Part shown: in pieces, positions 55,539-64,000 of the stretch
Numbering within the stretch: the first letter of the stretch is position 1
Layout of the letters: each line of letters begins with the position of its first letter
Assembly (NCBI GenBank): GCA_030603745.1
Contig: JAUVXE010000008.1
Location: 5,675 to 69,674, forward strand
DNA: 64,000 bases
Direction: 5' to 3'
From: Coriobacteriia bacterium
GTDB lineage: Bacteria > Actinomycetota > Coriobacteriia > Anaerosomatales > SLCP01
Notes under the pieces: generated by a model
Databases searched by the model: none
What the model saw: only the letters and a program-made list of their open reading frames with translations
Told to the model about the DNA's origin: nothing
Position numbers and translations under genes: made by a program

Positions 55539-57053
55539 ATGCGACGCCGGAGCAGGCTCGCTCCGATCCTGCTCGTCACGGCGGCGACAGTCGTCTTCCT
55601 GCCGCTCAGGCCCTACCTGGACAGCCGGCACTGGGGCTGGCCGTACCTGCTCATCGTCGGGACGGTGGCGGGTACCGCAGGGGTGGGCGCGGCGATCATC
55701 GCCGCGGCACTCTCGTTCCTCGCGTGGAACTTCTTCTTCATCCCTCCTTATCACACGTTCATCGTCGCCGACCCGCAAGACCTCGTGCAGTTGCTCGTCT
55801 ATCTTGTGGTCGCGACCGCCGTGGGTCTGCAGACCGGCCGACTGCGGGACAGGGAGGCTGTGGCTCACCGTGAGGAGCGGTACGCCGAGGCGCTCAATCG
55901 GCTGTCGGCAGGCCTGGTGTCGGGCGGATCGCTCGCCGAGATCGCCGCTCTCGCAGACGCGGAGGTCAGATACGTGCTGCCCGGAGCGGTGTCGGGCGTG
56001 TGGGTATCCGACTCGGACGGCGCGCTGCGTTCGGCGTCGGGCACCCCGGGGGACGAGCCTCCGGCCGCCGTGCGCATCGCCCTCGAGCAGGACGTCGCGT
56101 ACGGGTTGCCGCCGTATCCGTCATCGTCGGAGCCCGGCCGGTTGCCTCGGCGCGCCCCTGGGTCTGCGCCCGGAGAGGTCGCGATCCCGCTGCGGTCAGT
56201 TCGTTCCAACGAGGGCGTGCTGCACGTCCGGATCGCCTCGTCCGAATCGCTCGATGACCACGAGGCCTCGTTCCTCGTCTCCATCGCCCACCTCCTCGCG
56301 GCGTTCCTCGAGGCCCGTCACCTGGCCCGCATCGCCAACACGGCCGTCGCGGCCCGTGAAGCGGAGCGTCTCAGGGCCGCGCTCGTCTCCTCGGTCTCGC
56401 ATGAGCTGAAGACCCCGCTCGCGGCGGTCACTGCCGCCGTCACCGACCTGCTCGAACCCGATGTCGGCTTCGACGAGCCGACGGTTCGAGCGCGCCTCGC
56501 CGGCGCCGTGATGGATCTCGGTCGGCTCGACACCGCCATCGCGGACCTGCTCGACGCCTCGCGGCTCGAAGCACGGGCGTGGGCCCCGCGAAAGGATGTC
56601 TACGAGATCGGCGAGATCGTGGGCGATGTGCTGTCTCGGCTCACCGAACAACAGCGTGAACGGGTGAGGCTGGCGATCCCTGTCGGCCTGCCCACCGTCC
56701 ACGTCGACTTCGTGCAGGTCTCACGGGCCATCGCGCACGTTGTCGACAACGCCTTGAGATACTCGGAAGGCGAGATCGAGGTCGGGGCACGCGTCGGGGG
56801 CGAGGACATACTCGAGTGCTGGGTCTCAGACACCGGTCACGGCATCGCCGAGGAGGACCGGGAGCACGTGTTCGAGAAGTTCTTCCGAGGGGCCGCGGGA
56901 CGAGCGTCGAAGTCGAGCACAGGGCTCGGGCTCGCCATCACGCGGGATCTCCTCCAGGCCAACGGTGGAGCCATATCCATCGAAGCGACGGAGTCGGGAG
57001 GTGCGCGCATGCGCATATCGCTGCCGATGGTGGATGCGTGCGTAGATGGCTGA
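55539..57053 (+). CDS. kdpD: KdpD-like sensor kinase (DUF4118-GAF-HK) lacking the N-terminal KdpD/Usp domains
   Basis: LAWNFFFIPPYHTF, SSVSHELKTPL, DNALRYS, GLGLAI; alternative start 55482. Confidence 0.82.
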   Translation: MRRRSRLAPILLVTAATVVFLPLRPYLDSRHWGWPYLLIVGTVAGTAGVGAAIIAAALSFLAWNFFFIPPYHTFIVADPQDLVQLLVYLVVATAVGLQTGRLRDREAVAHREERYAEALNRLSAGLVSGGSLAEIAALADAEVRYVLPGAVSGVWVSDSDGALRSASGTPGDEPPAAVRIALEQDVAYGLPPYPSSSEPGRLPRRAPGSAPGEVAIPLRSVRSNEGVLHVRIASSESLDDHEASFLVSIAHLLAAFLEARHLARIANTAVAAREAERLRAALVSSVSHELKTPLAAVTAAVTDLLEPDVGFDEPTVRARLAGAVMDLGRLDTAIADLLDASRLEARAWAPRKDVYEIGEIVGDVLSRLTEQQRERVRLAIPVGLPTVHVDFVQVSRAIAHVVDNALRYSEGEIEVGARVGGEDILECWVSDTGHGIAEEDREHVFEKFFRGAAGRASKSSTGLGLAITRDLLQANGGAISIEATESGGARMRISLPMVDACVDG

Positions 57054-57744
57054 GGCGCCCCGAAGAACGAGCGTGCTCGTCGTCGATGACGAGATACAGA
57101 TCCAGCGGGCCATGCGCACGATCCTCGAGACACGCGGCTACGAGGTGGTTCTCGCGGGCACCGCTCAGGAGGCCCTCGACCGACTCATGGACGGCACGCC
57201 TGACCTCGTCGTCCTCGATGTGATGCTGCCGGACATGAGCGGTATCGAACTGTGTGAGCGCATGCGTACGTGGCTCGCCGTCCCGGTGCTCATGCTGAGC
57301 GTGCGGTCAGGCGAGTGCGACAAGATCGACGCGCTCGAGTCGGGCGCGGACGACTACCTCACGAAGCCGTTCTCCGCGGGGGAGTTCGTCGCACGCGTCA
57401 AGGCGCTCCTGCGCAGGTCGCGCGGCATGCCGACCACGCCTCCGGTCCTCAAGCTCGACGGCCTGATCATCGATCTTTCGGCCCGCCGGGTGACTCGGGG
57501 CGGGGAAGAGGTGTCGCTCACGCCGATCGAGTTCGCGATCCTCGGTCTGCTCGTGCAGCACGCCGACCGGGTCGTCACCTGGGACCAGATCCGCGACGTG
57601 GTGTGGGGGGCGGAGTGCATCGTGGATGCGGCGACGATGCGGGTGCACGTGAGCAACCTCCGCAAGAAGATCGAGTCCCACCCCGCCGTCCCGCGCCACG
57701 TGCTCACCGAGCCCGGGGTCGGGCTTCGACTCACCACCCGGTAA
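57046..57744 (+). CDS. kdpE: KdpE-like response regulator
   Basis: VDDEIQI, LSVR..E.DKIDALESGADDY, LRKKIE..PA.PRHVLTEPGVG. Confidence 0.88.
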   Translation: MAEAPRRTSVLVVDDEIQIQRAMRTILETRGYEVVLAGTAQEALDRLMDGTPDLVVLDVMLPDMSGIELCERMRTWLAVPVLMLSVRSGECDKIDALESGADDYLTKPFSAGEFVARVKALLRRSRGMPTTPPVLKLDGLIIDLSARRVTRGGEEVSLTPIEFAILGLLVQHADRVVTWDQIRDVVWGAECIVDAATMRVHVSNLRKKIESHPAVPRHVLTEPGVGLRLTTR

Positions 57745-57751
57745 GGGCGGT

Positions 57752-57769
57752 CTTTGCGCGAACTTTGCG
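57752..57769 (+). promoter_or_regulatory. Tandem direct repeat, putative KdpE/OmpR-type site
   Basis: CTTTGCG-N4-CTTTGCG, 11-bp period; TACCAT -10-like element at 57812. Confidence 0.55.
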
Positions 57770-57858
57770 GCCGAGCGGGCTACCTTCATGCGAACTGAGC
57801 GGACACGCGCGTACCATCGGTTGGTCTAAGGAGTCCGCCCAGGCGATCGGAGCACGGC

Positions 57859-57999
57859 ATGTCTCGCAGTACGCGTGAGCCGACCGGCGTTCGCATGGCG
57901 CGCCCGCTCGGGGCGATGGGCATCGAGGTCTGCGGCGTTGCCGTCCTGGCACTCGCGGCGTTCCTGATCGAGATGCTGGCCAGGTGGGCCGCGAGATGA
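57859..57999 (+). CDS. 46-aa single-TM peptide upstream of trkH
   Basis: MSRSTREPTGVRMARPLGAMGIEVCGVAVLALAAFLIEMLARWAAR*; GGAG SD; ATGA overlap with trkH. Confidence 0.6.
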   Translation: MSRSTREPTGVRMARPLGAMGIEVCGVAVLALAAFLIEMLARWAAR

Positions 58000-59495
58000 T
58001 CCGGCCGCGGCTTGAGGACCATGTCCTCATCGCGTCCTACACCGGCCGGGTCGTCGTTGGCGTAGGGCTCCTCATGTGCGCGCCGTTGCTGACGGCGCTG
58101 TTGTTCGCCGAGTGGGAGGTCGCGGTCGATTTCGGGATCGGCATCTCCTTGTGCGTGGTGGTCGGGCTCGGCCTTCAGGCGCTCTTCTCTACCCGCCGAG
58201 AACTCAGGCGCAGGCACGCGCTCGTGGTGGTGTCGGTGGCCTGGCTTCTGTCAGCCGCCCTCGGTGCGACCCCTTTCTGGCTCTCGGGGCACATGGGCTC
58301 CTGGTTGAACGGGATCTTCGACGTGATGAGTGGCCTGACGACCACCGGGCTGTATCTCATCGAGGACCTCGACCACGTGTCGTACGGACTGAGCATGTGG
58401 CGTTTCGTCCTCACATACGCGGGCGGCATGGGCATCGTCGTCATCGCTCTGACGTTCCTGTTCCGGGGAACCGTCGGGGCGTACCAGCTCTATGTCGGCG
58501 AGGGCAAGGACGAGCGGCTGCTCCCCAACGTCGTGGAGACGGCGCGCGCGATAGCCTCCGTGAGCCTCGCGTGGCTGGTGGTCGGGACGGCCGTGCTGAG
58601 CGCCCTTGCCCTCGCGCTCGGCCAGCCGCCGCTGCGGGCGGTGCTCCACGGGCTGTGGGTCTTCATGGGCGGGTTCAGTACCGGGGGGTTCGCACCCCAG
58701 TCGTACAACACGTTCTGGTACCATTCCGCGGCCTTCGAGGCGGCCTCGATCGCGATCTTCTTCGCTGGGTCGCTCAACTTCGCCCTCCACTGGGCTCTGT
58801 GGCGCGGGGAGCGGACTGAGATCAGGCGCAATATCGAGGTCATCAGCTTCGCGTGCACGTTCTCGGCGCTGTTCGGGGTCGTATCTTGGAGTCTCGCTCG
58901 CGCCGGCGTGTACCCGGACGCAGTCGTCTTCTTCCGCAAGGCGTTCTACCTGCTCGTCTCGGCGCACACCACGACGGGGTTCGGGACCATCTATTCACGG
59001 ACGTTCGTCGTGCAGTGGGGGCCCGCCGCCATGCTCGGCATAATCGCGGCCATGATCATCGGTGCGTCCGCATGCTCGACGGCGGGGGGGATCAAGGGGT
59101 TTCGCGTGGGGCTGATCACGAAGGTGTTCTTCGAGGACATCCGCCGAATGATCTCGCCCGACTCGGCCGTCATCGTCGAGCGCTATCACCACATCCGCGA
59201 GCAGGTGCTCTCCGAGCGTGCGGTGCGCTCGGTCCTCACGATCACTGTCGCGTTCCTCACCATGCATGCCATCCAGACGCTCGTCGGCGTCATGAACGGC
59301 TATCCGGTCGTCGAGGCCATGTTCGAAGGCATCTCGGCGGCCTCGAACACCGGGCTGTCGTGCGGAGTGCTCTCTCCGACGATGCCGGTCTCGATGCGCG
59401 CGGTCTACATCGTGGCGATGTGGCTCGGACGCATGGAGTTCGTATCGGTGTTCGCCCTCGTCGGATGGGGCATCGCGATGGTGAGGGGGCACTGA
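57996..59495 (+). CDS. trkH: TrkH-family potassium uptake membrane protein
   Basis: Four pore loops GLTTTGL, FSTGGF, HTTTGF, SNTGL; STAGGIK; MWLGRME. Confidence 0.93.
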   Translation: MIRPRLEDHVLIASYTGRVVVGVGLLMCAPLLTALLFAEWEVAVDFGIGISLCVVVGLGLQALFSTRRELRRRHALVVVSVAWLLSAALGATPFWLSGHMGSWLNGIFDVMSGLTTTGLYLIEDLDHVSYGLSMWRFVLTYAGGMGIVVIALTFLFRGTVGAYQLYVGEGKDERLLPNVVETARAIASVSLAWLVVGTAVLSALALALGQPPLRAVLHGLWVFMGGFSTGGFAPQSYNTFWYHSAAFEAASIAIFFAGSLNFALHWALWRGERTEIRRNIEVISFACTFSALFGVVSWSLARAGVYPDAVVFFRKAFYLLVSAHTTTGFGTIYSRTFVVQWGPAAMLGIIAAMIIGASACSTAGGIKGFRVGLITKVFFEDIRRMISPDSAVIVERYHHIREQVLSERAVRSVLTITVAFLTMHAIQTLVGVMNGYPVVEAMFEGISAASNTGLSCGVLSPTMPVSMRAVYIVAMWLGRMEFVSVFALVGWGIAMVRGH

Positions 59496-60052
59496 TGGCG
59501 CGCTGGTCGATCATCAGGGTGGTGGGCGCGGCGCTGTGCCTGCTGCTCGTGTCGGGCGCCACGCCGGCGCACGCCGCGGCCGCCATCTCGAGCTCGGAAC
59601 TCGTCGAGGAGGCCGAACAGTGGGACGGCGAGCGCGTGGTGTTCGAGGGAGAGGCCATCGGCGACGTCATGGTGCGCGGGGAGCAGGCATGGCTGCACGT
59701 CAACGACGACGCCTACGCGGAGCTTCCGATACCGGCGGGCGCGTCTCCGCAAGGCTACAACTCCGGGCATGCGGTACTCGCCCCGGCGGTCGAGGCGCAG
59801 CGGGTCACCACATTCGGCAGCTATCGCGCGCGTGGAGACATCGTTCGCGTGACGGGCATCTTCCGAGCGGCTGATCCTCGGCATGGTGGAGACATGCTGA
59901 TCGAGGCCGAGCGCATCGAGGTGCTCGAACAGGGGTTCGTCATCGAGCACGCGGTGCCGCGCTGGAAGCTCGCACTCCTCGCTGTGTTCGCAACGCTGGC
60001 CGGCGGCGTCTATGTCGGGTATCGCCACCGTATGAGCGCCCCGCCGCGGTAG
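59495..60052 (+). CDS. Exported, C-terminally anchored protein, possibly OB-fold
   Basis: Signal peptide, DGERVVFEGEAIGD...GDIVRVTGIF, C-terminal TM; TGATG overlap. Confidence 0.7.
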   Translation: MARWSIIRVVGAALCLLLVSGATPAHAAAAISSSELVEEAEQWDGERVVFEGEAIGDVMVRGEQAWLHVNDDAYAELPIPAGASPQGYNSGHAVLAPAVEAQRVTTFGSYRARGDIVRVTGIFRAADPRHGGDMLIEAERIEVLEQGFVIEHAVPRWKLALLAVFATLAGGVYVGYRHRMSAPPR

Positions 60053-60079
60053 ACGGAACCGCGGACTCCCGGCCGCCAC

Positions 60080-61585
60080 CTACCACTGCACGAGGCGTCG
60101 CTCACCCTCGAGCGCTCGAATGTGCGCGACGTCCTGCACGACCTCGAGGCAGCCACGGTAGGCGCCGCCCGCGTCGCGCATCGCGAAGTAGCGGATGTGG
60201 ATGAACCGGCCGCCGAGCTCGATCCAGAACTCCGCGACGTCCTTGGCGCCGGACTTGAACTGCGAGAGGATCTCCTCGACCTTGTCCACGCTCGTGGGCG
60301 GGTGGCAGTTGCGGACCTCGCGGCCGATCGCCGCCGGGCTGCGTGGGAAGATGCGCTCGCCCTCGGAGTAGAAGCGCACCCGGTCGTGCTCGTCGACGAA
60401 GCTGATGTCGAAGGGCAGCACGCTCACCATGAGCTCGATCTGCTCGAGTGAGAGCGCGCCGGTCGTGAGCGGCAGCAGCGGCGACGCGGGCCCGCCCGCA
60501 TCCGTTCCGGCGCCGGCAGCGCCCGCGGCGAGCGTGTCGTCTCCGGCGAACTCACCGGCGGGGGACTCGATCCACGCGAATCCGATCTCGGCCTCGCCCG
60601 CGGCCATCGTCTCCCACTCCGCCTCGGAGAGCGCCCCGAGCGCGGTGGGGAACAGGATCTTCTCCTCCTTGTAGATCATGTCCTCGACCATGCCGAGGGT
60701 CCCGGGAAGCGACGACATCAAGGCCGCGGTCTCGCCCGCTCGGGCGTACGCGAGCACGCCCTTCACCTGGGCGCGGATGTCGTCGTCCAGCGCCCACATG
60801 ACCTTGGTGGGGCCTTCGATCCCGTGTGCCTCGAGCATGGGGAACAGCTGGTTCTCCTTGCGCGTGTAGTGGGTGGTGAGCCCGTCGAGGAGCCGCTCGA
60901 GCCCCGACGTGAGCGCCTGGTGGACCGCCGCGGCATCCTCGGCGGCGAGCGCCTCGGCCTCCTCCAGAGAGCAGCGGAGCTGCCCGATGATCTCGGCGGC
61001 GACGGCGTTCTCGCGGCGGTAGCTGTCGACCGGGTGTCCCGCCGGGACGTCGAGCACATCGTCGGACTGGGACGCCTCCAGGCTCTCGCGGAACACGCTG
61101 ACGTGCACGTCGCACAAGCGCTGGACCTCCGACACCGGCATGCCCTCGGCGATGAGCGCCTGCTCCATGGCCGCGATCTCCGTGGCGTCGATCTCGGAGG
61201 TGAGGGCGTCGAACTCGGCCTTGACCTCGTCCACCGACGCGCCGTCGTGGAGCCGCCGGATGATCCCCTTGAGCGCCTCCTGGCGCCGGGCGCGCGTTGC
61301 GTCGTCCGCGGGCGCGGCAGGCGGTGCGGACGCGACGGCGGGCGCGTCCTCCTCGGCGTGGATGGCGTGCAGCGCGATCTGCTTCTCGATCGAGGCGATG
61401 AGCTCGTCGACGTCCATCTCGCCCATCTCGGCCACGGTCGAGAGCGCCGCGACGCGCGCGACGGTGTTCCTCAGCACGGGATTGCGCAGCTTGGCGAACT
61501 CGGGCCGCAGCGAGGTGAGGTGGTCGAGCAGGAACGGATAGGCCTCGAGAAGGTCGTGGACCTTCGTGTCACGGGTGATCTGCAT
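60080..61585 (-). CDS. DUF1858-DUF438-hemerythrin-PAS protein
   Basis: F.KLRNPVLR, EQALIAEGMP..EVQRLCDVH, HYTRKENQLFP, KEEKILFP, GREVRNCHPP. Confidence 0.9.
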   Translation of the reverse strand: MQITRDTKVHDLLEAYPFLLDHLTSLRPEFAKLRNPVLRNTVARVAALSTVAEMGEMDVDELIASIEKQIALHAIHAEEDAPAVASAPPAAPADDATRARRQEALKGIIRRLHDGASVDEVKAEFDALTSEIDATEIAAMEQALIAEGMPVSEVQRLCDVHVSVFRESLEASQSDDVLDVPAGHPVDSYRRENAVAAEIIGQLRCSLEEAEALAAEDAAAVHQALTSGLERLLDGLTTHYTRKENQLFPMLEAHGIEGPTKVMWALDDDIRAQVKGVLAYARAGETAALMSSLPGTLGMVEDMIYKEEKILFPTALGALSEAEWETMAAGEAEIGFAWIESPAGEFAGDDTLAAGAAGAGTDAGGPASPLLPLTTGALSLEQIELMVSVLPFDISFVDEHDRVRFYSEGERIFPRSPAAIGREVRNCHPPTSVDKVEEILSQFKSGAKDVAEFWIELGGRFIHIRYFAMRDAGGAYRGCLEVVQDVAHIRALEGERRLVQW

Positions 61586-61660
61586 CGGGTGGGCTCCTCC
61601 CGGTCGGCTGTGTGGTGCGCCATCTCTCTTCCGATGTGTACCCCACGCGGGGCCGATCCG

Positions 61661-61678
61661 ATTTGACGCGCATCAAAT
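61661..61678. promoter_or_regulatory. FNR/CRP-family box
   Basis: ATTTGAC-GCGC-ATCAAAT; minus strand TTGAT-N4-GTCAA versus FNR consensus TTGAT-N4-ATCAA. Confidence 0.7.
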
Positions 61679-61713
61679 CCTGACAAACTCGGTCAGAATT
61701 CGCAGTCGGGCGG

Positions 61714-62271
61714 TCAGCTTCGCGGGTCCTGCCCGGTCTCGTGGCCCGCAGGGCCGGGTTTGCCGAGGAAGACGAGCGAGAGCCGGTCGTGGACCGGGAC
61801 GATGCGCTCCCGGACGTAGCCGAGGGATTCGTAGAGCGCGAGTGCCGGAGCGCTCAGGTGCCCGGTGAAGATCTCGAACCTCCGGGCCTCGGGCACGCAC
61901 GCCTCGAGGCGGGTCGCGAGCGTCCGGCCGATCCCCCGGCGCTGGAGGCCGGGATCCACGACGAGGCGGCCGACGTGGCAGGTGCCGGACGCGGCGTCGA
62001 TCGACCCGCGCACCGCCCCGACGATCCGCTCGTCGAGCTCGGCGACGAGCACGCGGGTGCCGCCGGCGATCTCGGCCGCCACGCTCTCGGCGGTGTCGCC
62101 GAGTGGCGGGAGGGTGTCGTCGCCGTAGAGCTCGGCCTGCGACGCGAACGCCCGGCGCGTGAGTGCGGCGATCGCTGCGGCGTCCGCGGTGGCGGCCGTC
62201 CGCACGGCGATGCCGCCGCCGGTGCGTCCGTCCGGCTCCCGGCCGTCGGGAGGGCGCGCGGGGGCGCTCAT
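61714..62271 (-). CDS. GNAT N-acetyltransferase
   Basis: GRLVVDPGLQRRGIG, FTG..S..ALALYESLGY. Confidence 0.9.
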   Translation of the reverse strand: MSAPARPPDGREPDGRTGGGIAVRTAATADAAAIAALTRRAFASQAELYGDDTLPPLGDTAESVAAEIAGGTRVLVAELDERIVGAVRGSIDAASGTCHVGRLVVDPGLQRRGIGRTLATRLEACVPEARRFEIFTGHLSAPALALYESLGYVRERIVPVHDRLSLVFLGKPGPAGHETGQDPRS

Positions 62272-62861
62272 CGCGCCTGCTCCGGCTCCCGCGCCCCGAT
62301 CGTGCGCCCGATCGAGAACGCCTCGGCGACCACGGGCCCGAGGGAGCGGTACTCGCGCGAACCCGCGATGTAGACGAGCGGGTCGAGCAGCCCCGCGTCG
62401 ACCTTCGTGCCTGAGGTGTCGAGGATGTCCTCGTCGGCGTGCGACTCGACGATTTCGCCCACGACGAGCACGTAGTGGCCGATGTCGACCTCATGGGTGA
62501 CGCGGCACTCGAGGTTGTAGGGGCACTCGGCGACGAGGGGCGTGGCGACCACCGCGCCCGGTACGAGGGTGAGGCCGGCCGCGGCGGCCTTGTCGACGTC
62601 GCGTCCGCTCGTGATCCCGCAGTAGTCGACGACGGCCGCCTGCGAGGCGCGCGGGACGTTGACCGTGAACTCGCCGGTGCGGCGTATCAGCCCGAGCGTG
62701 TGACGCGAGTCGCGAAGCGCCATGGAGACGCTCGGGGGCGACCCGGCGGCGATCCCGATCCAGGCCACGGCGAGCAGGTCGGCCTCCTCGGCGGTCCCGC
62801 CCACCACGAGGGGGCAGGGCATCGGATAGAGGCGGTCCGAGGGGCCGAGGCGTCGTTTCAT
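62268..62861 (-). CDS. Flavin reductase-like (flavoredoxin-type) protein
   Basis: YPMP, GEFTVNVP, DYCGITSGRDVDK, ECPYNLEC. Confidence 0.9.
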   Translation of the reverse strand: MKRRLGPSDRLYPMPCPLVVGGTAEEADLLAVAWIGIAAGSPPSVSMALRDSRHTLGLIRRTGEFTVNVPRASQAAVVDYCGITSGRDVDKAAAAGLTLVPGAVVATPLVAECPYNLECRVTHEVDIGHYVLVVGEIVESHADEDILDTSGTKVDAGLLDPLVYIAGSREYRSLGPVVAEAFSIGRTIGAREPEQAR

Positions 62862-62955
62862 CTGGACTCTCCGTTCCACGCTCGATTGCAGGTCAGGTAG
62901 GTCGTTCCGGCCGAGGGGCCGTGTATCGCGCATCCGGCCGGTGCGGTATCATCCC

Positions 62956-62984
62956 TTGACGAACGGCCTGACGCTGTGCACGAT
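62956..62984 (+). promoter_or_regulatory. Putative sigma70-type promoter for the leader-metY transcript
   Basis: TTGACG-N17-CACGAT. Confidence 0.55.
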
Positions 62985-63059
62985 GGTCGGCACGATGCGG
63001 ACGCCAGAAGCGGTGTCCGCGACCCTCGGCACAGCGAGAGGAGGTGCGGTAGCAGCATC

Positions 63060-63170
63060 ATGGTACGCCTTTCCGCGTTCGTGATGATGATGGACATGAT
63101 GATGACCCAGCCCGGGTCTCTTCGCGCATGCGACGGATCTGGGCGCCTCGGCCACCCGGCCGTAGCGTAG
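63060..63170 (+). CDS. Putative methionine-rich leader peptide (36 aa)
   Basis: MVRLSAFVMMMDMMMTQPGSLRACDGSGRLGHPAVA*; six ATG codons at 63084-63104; ends 48 nt before metY. Confidence 0.65.
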   Translation: MVRLSAFVMMMDMMMTQPGSLRACDGSGRLGHPAVA

Positions 63171-63200
63171 GTCGGGTACATCTATCCTCAGCATCCATGA

Positions 63201-64000
<800 letters not shown>

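Noticed and set aside
63082-63104. His-rich run (HHHVHHHH) on the minus strand
   Set aside because: It is the reverse complement of the ATG run and lies in a shadow ORF antisense to metY; the Met reading fits the downstream gene

Overview
64-kb window of very high-GC bacterial DNA. It most likely comes from an anaerobic Actinomycetota, probably Coriobacteriia-like; this is inferred from the dnaK-grpE-dnaJ-hspR-clpB order, class E-like sortases, a DUF6049-like protein, hypFCDE and a ferredoxin. The window is densely coding and chromosomal; I found no rRNA, tRNA, CRISPR array or transposase. Contents: c-di-GMP signalling (two HD-GYP proteins, an [FeFe]-hydrogenase-like/GGDEF fusion and a c-di-GMP-I riboswitch), ask-asd, several two-component systems (OmpR-type, LytS/LytTR next to an ActP-like permease, a PAS hybrid kinase with three stand-alone receivers, and a truncated KdpD/KdpE upstream of trkH), hypFCDE downstream of trxBA and two putative RNase-domain proteins (PIN-TM-TPR and Zn-ribbon-HEPN-like), lon, two sortases, a chaperone operon and a partial metY. 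Best leads: (1) an unannotated Met-rich leader peptide (MMMDMMM) with alternative hairpins in front of metY, i.e. a candidate methionine-sensing ribosomal attenuator; (2) a sensory [FeFe]-hydrogenase-like domain fused to an intact diguanylate cyclase; (3) a c-di-GMP riboswitch plus sigma28-like and CRP-like sites controlling a secreted HExxH protein between twin sortases; (4) KdpDE apparently rewired to a small-peptide/TrkH operon. All calls come from motif recognition by eye; no searches were run.
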